This document shows, piece after piece, positions 42,126 to 54,902 of a stretch of DNA of 64,000 bases; position 1 is the stretch's first letter, and each line of letters begins with the position of its first letter. Under the pieces are notes generated by a model, which saw only the letters and a list, made by a program, of their open reading frames with translations, was not told where the DNA came from and ran no database searches. Origin of the DNA: Eledone cirrhosa. Its lineage: Eukaryota. The position numbers and the translations under genes are program-made. The DNA lies in contig OZ024751.1 in NCBI GenBank assembly GCA_964016885.1, positions 15,314,001-15,378,000 on the forward strand, in the 5' to 3' direction.

Positions 42126-43407
42126 CTACAAGAGAAACAATAAAAATGTCTTTCTAGAATTCCATAAACAGGAATATTTCATTATTTAAATCTTCAAATA
42201 TCAAAGTGTCAGCATTCACCTTTTTGATAAAGTCTTCTCTAATTGGAGAGTGAAACCAAATTGTAAATATTATTTGATGCATATATATCATTGCAAGGCG
42301 GCGAATTGGCAGAGCTGTTAGAACGTCAGATAGAATGCCTTCATCATCATCATATGGTATTCATTCTGACTCTCTGCTCTCCGAGTTCAAATCCTGTCGA
42401 GGTCAACTTTGCCTTTCATTCTTTCGAGGTCAATAAAAAAAAGTACCAGTCTAGTACTGGGGTCGATTCTTCCTCTACATTTTTCTCATTTCTCCTCTCA
42501 CTTTCTATCTTTTTCTGGATGAAAAACGCTGTACCCAAGCCCAGAGAGGGATGGGCTTTGCCAGGATTTAAAATGCCCAAGAAACACTGTATGTGTCAAT
42601 ACAGTGGCCCTACGACTCCATCAGGAGTTACGGGACCAAACCATTCCACCATATCATTGCACCCATATGCACTCACTTTGCATTGTGTGCAACACTGCTG
42701 CATCACTGATTCATTTCATTATTTTACACAAAATAATGGTTAACGTCTTTCATCTTTACGAGGTCAATAAAATAAAGCACCAGTAATGAACTGGGGTCGA
42801 TATAATTGACTTTCCTCTCCCCCAAAATTGTTGGCCTTGTGTCTAAATCAGAAACCATTATTTTACCCACAAAAAGGGCAATGCCTTGGTAGTATAGGTA
42901 AAATGGTAGACAAAATTATTTGTGGTATTTAGTTAACTTTCTGTGTTCTGATTTCAAATCCCACTAAAGTCAGCTTTGCTTTTCAGCCTTTCAAAGTCAA
43001 TAAAATAAAGTATCAGTCAAGTACTGGGAGTGACATAACCAACTTTCCCTCCCTCCAAATTGCTGGTCATGTGCCAATGTTAGAAATAATTATTTACATA
43101 ATCAGATGATGGGCCAGTAGCTCCACTTTAGTACTCAGTCTGTTAAGACCTGTCAAACTTCTGTTAGCTGGGGAAATGGATGCTAAAGGATGGTAATGGT
43201 GAGTCCACCCGCCTATTGAACTAGTCACAGGGTAATTTACTACTAGTGATGACTACCCAGGCTTTAGCCATTATTAATTAACAGTCCACTCTCCTTTTGA
43301 AATAGTCACATGATAATTAAGTACCAGTGTTGACTAACTGCGCTATCCAGGTAGTCAATAGACCAACAAGGTCTTGAAATAATCAGCCCCTTTATTTCTA
43401 TACTTAC

Positions 43408-43587
43408 CCATGACTATATGTAGAACCATCTGGATATTTTACTTCTCCACCTGCTTTCTTTATATAACGATAATGTAAGTTCTGCAGTGCCTGTCGACAG
43501 GTTGTTGGTGTGTCTTTCGGTTTCCCGTCTGCGTTCTTCAATGGGGAAAATTCATCAGCTCGGATAACTTCCCATACAGCAAAATTT
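43408..43587 (-). CDS. UAP1: UAP1 exon
   Basis: gacag|a [61 protein letters not shown]|gtaagt; EFSPLKNA motif; 180 nt. Confidence 0.95.
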
Positions 43588-44904
43588 CTGTCATCACATT
43601 TGAGATAAAGAACCAACCAAAACAGGATCACCGACAGAATCATTTTTTTTTTAAACATCAAATTTGATTGAGATAACAAAATGACCACCAAGGAACCAAC
43701 ATGAAAAAATGGAGAAAGAGGAAAACAAAAGAAGCAGCATTAGTTTAAATGAAGCTAAAACGAAAGAAAATAGTAAAATAAAAAATACAAAAAGAAAAAA
43801 TATTATTTAAAAACAATTTTTTTTTTCCAACAAATTCAAGTTCATAGAATGAAAAACAGCAAAGTGGATAAAGTATTGAATCTGATTTATGGATGTGACT
43901 TCATATCATTACAATGTGCTTCTGGGTGTATTATAGTTTTAATTTTATAGGCCTCAACATATCTAATTGCTGATGATGGATTCCGATCAACAAGATCCCA
44001 GACCTCATTCGCTTGCTGACTGGGGTGGACCTTGTCAAATCAGACCAAGTAAACAATGTTTCCATTGCTGATACTATCTACTAGTTGCAACTCTTTGCAG
44101 AAGGAGCAACATGAAATAAAGTGTCTTGCTTAAAGACACAATGCATCACCCTGTCCGAGAATTGAACTCGCAACCTCACGATTGCAAATCCAACTCTAAC
44201 GACTAAGCCATGCACCTTCACAAACAGACAATAATATTCTTTGTCTAGATGGCATTATATAGTGACTATCAATGTTTGATCTTCACTTCTCTACATGTTA
44301 CTAATTACCATCAGTTCATAACATTTACAATTTTGTTTTAATTTTTAAAATATCTTTAATAGTATTTTTAAAGTGGTTGGGGATAGGGAGGGCATCCAGC
44401 GTGATGGCATTAAGTAGAAGCTGCAATTCCTACAATGCAGTCCTTCATTTTAAAACTTTAATACAATATGTAAACCAATATATTTAAACTGGTTTCATGC
44501 ATGAACATAGTAAAGATTGAATCACAATGACTGGCCTTTGAGCTACTGACCCTCTACATATCTTGGGTGAGACCCACAATCAAGTACTGGCCAGCAAATC
44601 TTACTCTCCTCTTACGTCTTATAGTGTTGTTGTAAAGAACTTAAATGTACATCACAAGGGTCAGCTTAAAAGTTCATAGCCTAACCAAGATACTCTCATG
44701 GAATGACCAAATGAGGTTTATTTTTCAACAGTCCCCGGAAAGAAAAAAATGCAGTTATCAATAAAATGAGTTAAAATTAATGCATGCAAGATTTCACAGC
44801 TCTAGTATCAATCCTTCATAGTCAGCCTATGAACTTTCCAGCCAGCCCTTGTAAAATCATGTTCACATAATAAATAACTTTGGAATATTTGGAAAAATAA
44901 CTCA

Positions 44905-45183
<279 letters not shown>

Positions 45184-45552
45184 TCAATGTAAAAACAGTG
45201 GTGATGGTGGCGGTGGTCTAAAAAGTCTAAAGTCTGTTTTAAGCCAGAAGGCTTGTAAGGCCGGTGCTTATCTCAGTTTCATGGTGTGAAGTGACAAAGT
45301 ACAACATTTTTCCCTGGACCGGGCGCCAGTCCATCACAGGGTAAAACCCCCAGCTACTCTGGTACCTATTTTCAGCTGAGTATACTGGAGTAATGTGAAA
45401 ATGAAGTGTTTTGCTCAAGAACACAACACACAACCCAGTCCAGGAATTGAACCCACAACATTATGATCATAAGTCCATCACCCTTACCACACTAGGCCAT
45501 GCGACTCCACTATGGTGGTGGTCGGGGCGAGATAGAATTGTCATTATAAACT

Positions 45553-46175
45553 CATCATCATCATCATCATCACCGTTTTACGTCCGTTCTTCCACGCTAG
45601 CATGGGTTAGACGGGTTGTCCTGTTGTGTGCAGTGTCTGGTCGGCTGACTATGCCTTGCTCATACAGGAACTGATCTGGCTTGATTTCTACAGCTGGATG
45701 CCCTTCCTAACACCAACCTCATTTACAGTGAGTGCTGGGTGCTTTTTCGTGGCGCCTACACGTCCACTTTACAGTGTGGGCTGGGTGCTTTTTTGCCGTG
45801 GCACCTCCACGACCACCTTGCAGTGGGGGGTGTGGGGGCATATTGTTTATATGCTTCAGCATGTACCCATGGGAGGTCGGGTACTCTGTATTACTGCGTG
45901 ACGCCAGAAGTCACGGTCGTGTGTCATTGTCTTTGAGAGGTGTAATTGGGTAAGGTCGGCTTTTATCACCTCATCCCAGGTCATCTTGGGTCTCCCCACT
46001 CCGCGGTTTCCATCAACTTCTAGTGCTCTGCACCTTTTTATGCAGCTGTCATCCTTCATACGCATCACATGTCCATACCAGCGCAACCGCCTCTCCTGCA
46101 CACAGCATTTGATTCCTCTTATGCTCAGTCTCTCTCTCAATTCATTTATGCTTTGTCGACATCCATCGGAGCATG
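45553..46175 (-). mobile_element. RTE-clade LINE 3' end
   Basis: RRLRWYGHVMRM....GNRGVGRPKMTWDEVIKADL...DRDFWR; (GAT)n tail; related decayed copy at ~9066-9725 and many short tails elsewhere. Confidence 0.85.
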
Positions 46176-46924
46176 CAGGCTTCGTTTCTCTCTAATCTAC
46201 GTAAGTCTTCCACCTTCACAAACTGATTTATTTAAACAAATCACCTTATCTTGATTGTTATAATATATCTGCCATTCTCCCCTCTGGTCTTTTTCAGTCA
46301 CCTGTTTTATTTAGCAATATTCTCAGAATTTCAAACAGAACCAATTTGTTAAATAACAGATTATTGACATTCGGCCATAAAGCCCCTGTATATCTTTGTA
46401 TTAGTCATTTGTGATGCCACTTACTGTTCTGCTTAAACTAGAGTATGTATAGATATGTTATCCACCATGTTAGATGGTCATTTTGGTGGCACAATAAAAA
46501 GTACCCACTTCACCTTGTTAGGTGGTTGTTTTGGTGCCATGATAAAAAGCACCCAGTCCACTCTGTAAGACAGTCATACTGGTGACACAATGAAAAACCA
46601 CCCAGTCTACCCTGTTAGATGGTCATTTTGGTTACACGATAAAAAGCACCCAGTCCACAGTATAACATGGTTTTAGGAAGGGCATCTAGCCATAGAAACG
46701 AAGCCAAAATACAGATCCATATGCGCAAGACACGGTCTCCTGAACTGACTTGTTTCAGACACTAAACTAGGGACTGAATCACAAGCAGCAGGTAGACTAG
46801 TGCTTTTCAAATTCAAAAAGCCATTAACATATTAAAAAAAAGGTACATTTCTTTGTAGATGGTACCGTGCTTTCTTTCATACCAAATCAATTAGAATAAA
46901 ATAAAGAGTTAGAAGGCAACTTAC

Positions 46925-47118
46925 TTGCAAACAACATCCAGAAAATCTAAACTAAAGAAATGGTTACAAATATTTCCAGCATTGAAGAGTAGTTCGCCAT
47001 CTTGGTTACGTTTTTCAGCCGTTGGTGTGGTTATTTCACTATATTCCACAACTTGGAAATTTCCATCAACTTTACACACTACACCAACTGGTTCTGTTGG
47101 GAAAGCCTTCTTCACCAC
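46925..47118 (-). CDS. UAP1: UAP1 exon
   Basis: ataaag|[66 protein letters not shown]|gtaagt; EYSE and GNICNH motifs; 194 nt. Confidence 0.95.
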
Positions 47119-47168
47119 CTTTATATATACAGAAGACATATATATATATATATATTATATATATATAT

Positions 47169-47200
<32 letters not shown>

Positions 47201-47287
47201 GAACACAAACAAATACAGAAGACACATATTACATACACAGAAAAATATATACATGGAAGGAAAACATATACACAAAAGGCAAAAAAA

Positions 47288-48072
47288 TAATAATAATAAT
47301 AATAATGAAATTATTGTCTACAGTGCTCAGGTGCACTACAACTCATCAAAGGTGCATGTATAGTACATAGAATAATGTACAAATATCAGGAAAATGAACA
47401 GTGTACGAGTCATGAAATACATGTGTGCGTGTGTATGGAGGGAGGATATCAGGTATAGTGTTGGCGAATCTCAGGAAACATGGAGGTTTTAAAGGGTGCA
47501 GTGTCTCGACAGCTAACTGATGCAGGTAGTTTGTTCCATGCTTCAGCAACTCTGAGTGTGAAAAAAGTTTCCAAAAGTCATGGGAGCTGTGCTGTTTTCT
47601 GACTTTGTAGGCATGCCCACGTGTGTTAGACACATGGAAATAAAAGAAAAGGTGCTCAGAGTCGTTGTTGGCAAGATGGTTAATAATTTTGTGGGTCTTT
47701 ACCAAGACAGTTGCCAGACGTCGGAGCTTCAATGTATCCATGCCCAGGGAAGCAAGGCGTTTAGAGTACGGTAGATGCCTGATGGAGGGTATTCGCTTGA
47801 TTGCACGTCTCTGAACAGTTTCCAGGCGGTCAATGTTCTGAGCAAGATAGGGGTTCCAGACTGGTGATGCAAATTCTAAGTGTGGCCACACAATAGCTAT
47901 ATACAGCTTTAAATAGAGCGGCTGACAAAGGTCTTGCTGAGCGATGCTAAAACACCCTCGCCCTTCTTGACAATTTTAGAGACGTGCTTCGTCCAACGCA
48001 AATCGTGCTGCTGACAGTAATGCCCAGGTCACGTTCACAAGAAGACTTCTTGATATTAGTGTTGTGGAGGGA
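47288..48072 (-). mobile_element. CR1-clade LINE 3' fragment with frameshifts
   Basis: ERDLGITVS...PHLEFASPVWNPYL..IDRLE.VQRRA.KRIP...LPY..RL..LG..TL..RRL; 3' UTR ending TGCACCTGAGCACTGT..(ATT)n. Confidence 0.88.
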
Positions 48073-48244
48073 ATACACAAAAGACAAACAAATTATATAT
48101 GCACAAAAGAAACAAATTATATATAAACAAAAGAAAAAAAAATATATAGATATATATACATAGAAGACAAACATATATATATATATATAAGTAAAAAAAC
48201 AAAAAAACAAAAACAATAACAAAAAGTGCAGTATGGACAGTGTT

Positions 48245-48315
48245 GGTATTAGGTTCACGCTTGAGAGTGGGAGGTGGGGACGACGTTTCCAGCATAAGCC
48301 CTTCATCAGGAGAAA
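48245..48315 (-). ncRNA. degenerate minimal hammerhead core (Penelope-type relic)
   Basis: On -: CTGATGA-AGGGC-TTAT-GCTG-GAAA-CGTC; downstream CAAGCGTGAACCTAATA resembles CAAGCATTAAACTAATA after the 24922 core. Confidence 0.45.
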
Positions 48316-48542
48316 GGGGGGAAGGAAAAGAGTTCTGAGGGTGTGAGGGGGAGTGGTGGAAAAGCATTAAAAAAGGGGAAAAAAAAAAATTTAAAAGAAT
48401 ATAGAAGACAAACATTATATACACAGAAGACAAATATATATATATACACACACACACACACCGAGAAGACAAGCATTATATATACAGAAAACAAATATAT
48501 GATATACATACAGAATACAAATGCATGATATATAAATATAAG

Positions 48543-48633
<91 letters not shown>

Positions 48634-49864
48634 AAACAATTGATATATATAAGATAAACAATTGATATATATATATATATATATAAGATAAACAATTGAT
48701 ATATATATATATATATAAGATAAACAATTGATATATATATATATTTATATATATGTGTATATATACAGAATACAAACATTTATATACATACAGAATACAA
48801 ACGCATGATATATAAATATAAGACAAATATATGATATATATATATATCATTCATTTCACGTCCACTTTTCCCTGCTTGCAAGGGTGGGACTTGTATATAT
48901 ATATATATATTTATATATATACACATAAGATAAACAATTGATATATATATATGACATCTAACCCATGCTAGCGTGGAAAGTGGACGTTAAACGAGGATGA
49001 TGATGATGATATACACAGAATACAAACATTTATATACATACAGAATACAAACATATACATGCATACACACACATATATATATATATATACAGAAGATAAA
49101 CAATTGATATATATATACAGAATACAAACATTTATATACATACATAGAAGAAACATTTATATATATATATACACACACACACAAAAGACAAACAGTATAT
49201 GTACAGAAGGCATGATATATATATACACACAAATATGATTTAAAAACAGATTTATCAAGATAAATGTTTAACAAAACTATTTTTCTCTTTTATCCTATGC
49301 CACTCATTACCTGTACAACCCTCTCTTACTTCCCCTCCCCCACTGTATCCTTCTACCACCCAACATTACCTTATTTGTCAAGTGGTTATGGGTCATTATT
49401 TTATAGAATGATGATGATAGGCTATCTTTATGTTTATGTTTATCATTTAGGTTGTGGGTTGTCAGGGTGGTGTGTGTGTCTTTGTGGTTTGTGGTTTGTG
49501 TATATCAAAGAGAATGTGTGTGTGTGTGTGTGGTTTGTGTATATCAAAGTGTGTGTGTGTGTGTGTGTGTGTGGTTTGTGTATATCAAAGAGAATGTGTG
49601 TGTATGTGTGATTTGAGTATATCAGTGTTTGTGTGTGTGTGTGTGTGAGGTTTGTGTATATCAAAGAGAATGTATGAGTGTGTGACTTGTATATAATGTT
49701 TATGTGTGTGTGTTGATGGTATCATCATCATCAACATCGAACAGCCATTTTCCACGCTAGCATGGGTAAGACGGGCTGGTTTATATACATATTATATATG
49801 TGTATATATATCAGAGAAAAAGTAAGCAAGTGTGTGTGTGTATATATGTGTGTATGTGTGTGAC

Positions 49865-50080
49865 GTTTATATTGTTGGAAGTCTCAAATATTTGTGCATT
49901 ATTTAGTACAAGCATACAAAGAATGTGCAGTCTATTTACACCAGATCTGCACATTAGTACAGTATCTGTTGAAAGAATCAACATTTCAACGTTTGAAGTA
50001 GATCCAGTAGGAGGTTTGAGACAAACTTTATTGATTTTATTCAGTTTTGATAAATTTATAGACAGCCAGGTCATCATAAA
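49865..50080 (-). mobile_element. possible decayed hAT transposase C-terminal dimerisation-domain fragment
   Basis: NLSKLNKINKVCLKPPTGSTSNVE...ST...MC....NRL resembles by eye the hAT P.L..L....L..P.S...VER.FS.......RNRL pattern. Confidence 0.4.
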
Positions 50081-50130
50081 AGGTCACCAGAGACTACCAG
50101 GTCAAGAATTCATAGTATTTTGTTGTTTTT

Positions 50131-50195
50131 CTTAACTAAAACATATTCATACAGGAGAGAAGCCATACCACTGTGATATTTGTGGTAAATCATTT
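50131..50195 (+). pseudogene. isolated C2H2 zinc-finger fragment
   Basis: 50142-50195 encodes HIHTGEKPYHCDICGKSF; no flanking ORF; antisense within a UAP1 intron. Confidence 0.75.
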
Positions 50196-50324
50196 GAAGT
50201 AGTGAGAGAAGAGTAGTATCCATGACCTTTTATAAACCCTTTTAATACCAACCCAGCCAAAACAGGCTTTGCTTTTATGAAGCAAAACCACCCACTTCAA
50301 AGGGTTTCTTATTACATTAAAATC

Positions 50325-51400
50325 TGTGTCAGACAAACTCAGGGACCCACATCATATAAGTGTTAACCTGTATTCTACCAAGTGCCAGACACACCCAGGG
50401 ATCCATGTCTCAAACATTACTCATATGCTACCATGTGCCAGACAAACCAGAGACATACATCACACAAACGTTTCCCCTCTACTCAACCAAGTGTCAGACG
50501 CACCCAAAGACTCAAATCTCAAACGTTTCCCTCTACTCAACCAAGTGTCAGACACACCCAAAGACCCAAATCTCAAACGTTTTCCCTCTACTCAACCAAG
50601 TGTCAGACACCCCCAAAGACCCAAATCTCAAACGTTTCCCTCTACTCAACCAAGTGTCAGACACACCCAAAGACCCAAATCTCAAACGTTTCCCCTCTAC
50701 TCAACCAAGTGTCAGACATACCCAAAGACCCAAATCTCAAACGTTTCCCCTCTACTCAACCAAGTGTCAGACACCCCCAAAGACCCAAATCTCAAACGTT
50801 TCCCTCTACTCAACCAAGTGTCAGACACCCCCAAAGACCCAAATCTCAAACGTTCCCCTCTACTCAACCAAGTGTCAGACACACCCAAAGACCCAAATCT
50901 CAAACGTTTCCCCTCTATTTAACCAAGTGTCAGAGAAACCCAAAGACCTAAATCACACAAATGTTTCCCCTCTACTCAACCAAGTATCTGACACACCCAA
51001 AGACCTAAATCTCACAAACGTTTCCCCTCTACTCAACCAAGTGTCAGACACACCCGAAGACCCAAATCACACAAACGTTTCCCCTCTACTTAACCAAGTG
51101 TCAGATACACCCAAAGACCTAAATCTCACAAACGTTTCCCCTCTACTTAACCAAGTGTCAGACACACCCAAAGACCTAAATCTCACAAACGTTTCCCCTC
51201 TACTTAACCAAGTGTCAGAGAAACCCAAAGACCTAAATCTCACAAACGTTTCCCCTCTACTTAACCAAGTGTCAGACACACCCAAAGATCCAAATCTCAC
51301 AAACATTTCCCCTCTACTCACCAAGTGTCAGACACACCCAAAGACTCAAACCTCACAAATATACCCTCATACTCTACCAAGTATCAGACAAATCCAGGGA
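50325..51400. repeat. 54-57-bp minisatellite
   Basis: Unit CAACCAAGTGTCAGACACACCCAAAGACCCAAATCTC(AC)AAACGTTTCCCCTCTACT; explains the long ORFs at 50326-51517. Confidence 0.92.
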
Positions 51401-51591
51401 CCCACATCTCACGTTTGCCCATACTCTACCATACTCTACCATATTATCATGGGCAAAATATTTGACACCTCTCATTTGCAATGTCTGTCTATTCTAGCAG
51501 ATGACAGAAAACAGTAAAAAAAAAAAAAAAAAAAGAATAAAATGTGTAAATTTTCCTCTGAAAAAAGCAAAGTGAGGAATATTCTGATTAC

Positions 51592-51764
51592 CTTTGCTCC
51601 ACAATCAGCATCTTTGTAAACACAATAGCCTATAAACACAGGGTCAACCATCTTTACCAAGATATTGTCCACACAATAAGCATGTATGCATTCTACACCT
51701 CTAGATCTCATGTTCTCTAATAATCCATGTTCTCTGAGAGCTTTATATAGGCCACCATTACCAT
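51592..51764 (-). CDS. UAP1: UAP1 exon
   Basis: ttctag|[58 protein letters not shown]|gtaatc; PDGNGG and VDNIL motifs; 173 nt. Confidence 0.96.
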
Positions 51765-52047
51765 CTAGAATGGGGAAGAGAAACATTTATACATTAGTTA
51801 AATACCATTCTTTCATCGTTGCAACTTATATCCACATTAATGACGATTTGTTAAAAACTACACTATTCTATATATACATATATATATATGTATATATAGA
51901 TGTGTGTGTGTATATATGTGTATATATATGTATATATATAGTCTGTGTATATATATATATATATATATAGTGTGTGTGTGTGCGTGTGTATATATATATA
52001 TAGTGAAAAATGGAACGGGAACAAAACAGAGGCAGTACGAACAAAGG

Positions 52048-52099
<52 letters not shown>

Positions 52100-52162
52100 T
52101 GTGTGTGTATATATATATATAGTGTGTGTGTGTATATATATATATAGTCATCATCATTATCA

Positions 52163-52203
<41 letters not shown>

Positions 52204-52262
52204 TATATATATATATATATAGGGTGTGTGTGTGTATATATATAGTCATCATCATTATCATC

Positions 52263-52306
<44 letters not shown>

Positions 52307-52341
52307 CGATATTAAACAAATGGAAACTATATTTATAAAAC

Positions 52342-52420
52342 CATATTTATTTCATTATACATATTTCGGGGATACCATATTAAAAATATGGCATGCCTTC
52401 GTCAGATAAAATACAATATA
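52342..52420 (-). ncRNA. type I hammerhead ribozyme motif (sense to UAP1 pre-mRNA)
   Basis: Mirror of 53280-53358; CTGACGA at 52405-52399; predicted cut between 52356 and 52355. Confidence 0.75.
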
Positions 52421-53279
52421 TAAACAGTTTTATAAATAATTTTGACGTACCATAAATATGAGCGACCATTATGTAGGAAGCTGGTTTGGTAGTGAAGTGT
52501 TTATAAATATTTAGTGTTAAGCACAGTTATAAAGAAAGACGGAGAAAAAGAAGAAATGTATGTAAAGAAAAACAGAGAGAGATAGGGGAGAGAGAAATAG
52601 GGAGGAGGTGAAAAAAGAGAGGCAACCGAAGGCAACAGATGAATAATAATAATTCATCATACAAATTGAGAGGTTTAAGAGGGAGGGAGTACGGTAATTA
52701 TTTAGTTATAGTGTTAAGGACAGTTATAGAGGAGACGGAAAGAAAGAAAAAATTAGAGATGAAGAGAAAACAGACAAAATAATAATAATTATATAGGGGG
52801 AGGTGGAAATCAAGAGAGAAATAAGAGAGAACTCTCTTATTTCTCTCTTGATTTCCACCTCCCCCTATATAATTATTATTATTTTGTCTCCCTCTTTCTT
52901 TTCCCCCCACCTCTATCTCTCTCTGTCTGTTTTCTCTTCATCTCTAATTTTTTCTTTCTTTCCGTCTCCTCTATAACTGTCCTTAACACTATAACTAAAT
53001 AATTACCGTACTCCCTCCCTCTTAAACCTCTCAATTTGTATGATGAATTATTATTATTCATCTGTTGCCTTCGGTTGCCTCTCTTTTTTCACCTCCTCCC
53101 TATTTCTCTCTCCCCTATCTCTCTCTGTTTTTCTTTACATACATTTCTTCTTTTTCTCCGTCTTTCTTTATAACTGTGCTTAACACTAAATATTTATAAA
53201 CACTTCACTACCAAACCAGCTTCCTACATAATGGTCGCTCATATTTATGGTACGTCAAAATTATTTATAAAACTGTTTA

Positions 53280-53358
53280 TATATTGTATTTTATCTGACG
53301 AAGGCATGCCATATTTTTAATATGGTATCCCCGAAATATGTATAATGAAATAAATATG
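53280..53358 (+). ncRNA. type I hammerhead ribozyme motif
   Basis: CTGACGA 53295-53301; stem II GG-C-ATGCCATATT/TTT/AATATGGTAT-CC-CC; GAAA 53333-53336; palindromic stem III; AUA cut after 53344; 8+6 bp stem I. Confidence 0.75.
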
Positions 53359-53568
53359 GTTTTATAAATATAGTTTCCATTTGTTTAATATCGTATATCT
53401 ACTCCAAAAACTTGTCGAGTGCTTTATATCAGTTATAAAATATTTACTTGTTGTAACCCAACAATTTTAAATAAAACTTTTGCATATATATATATATATA
53501 TATATATAGTGCATATATATATATATAGTGTGTGTGTGTATATATATATAGTCATCATCATTATCATC

Positions 53569-53627
<59 letters not shown>

Positions 53628-53780
53628 CATATATATATATAGTGTTTATATATATAAATATTGTGTGTGTGTGTATATATATATATATAGTGTGTGTGTG
53701 TATATATATATATAGTGTGTGTGTGTATATATATAGTGTGTGTGTGTGTGTATATATATAGTGTGTGTGTGTGTATATAT

Positions 53781-53829
<49 letters not shown>

Positions 53830-53906
53830 TGTGTGTATATATATATATATTTATTGTGTGTATGTGTATACACATATATACACACATACATGTTTGGTGT
53901 CTACAA

Positions 53907-54720
<814 letters not shown>

Positions 54721-54726
54721 TGTTAC

Positions 54727-54902
54727 CTGGTGCTAAAGCTATACCATTTTTAGCATTATTGATTATTTTCCCATCAAATGTTATACAAGGAAGTAGAAAC
54801 TGTTGAAAAACTATAATATTCTCCTTCTTCAGACCAAAATAGTCATGTTGTTGGAAAAATTGTTCTGTACTTTCTTTGGTGTGGTCACTGGTCATTATAT
54901 AC
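54727..54902 (-). CDS. UAP1: UAP1 exon
   Basis: ccacag|g [59 protein letters not shown]|gtaaca; 176 nt, phase 2 to 1. Confidence 0.94.

Larger units (their letters stand above)
52302..53483. mobile_element. palindromic Penelope-like non-coding insertion (arms 52302-52829 and 52832-53398, plus 85-nt tail)
   Basis: Arms are reverse complements around a 2-nt AA centre except 39 extra nt (52890-52928) in the right arm; each arm has a hammerhead fold; inserted in a TA-rich microsatellite in a UAP1 intron. Confidence 0.8.

Noticed and set aside
50326-51517. Repeat-protein ORFs or a CRISPR-like array
   Set aside because: Units are contiguous with no unique spacers, the context is a eukaryotic intron, and the ORFs follow from repeat periodicity.
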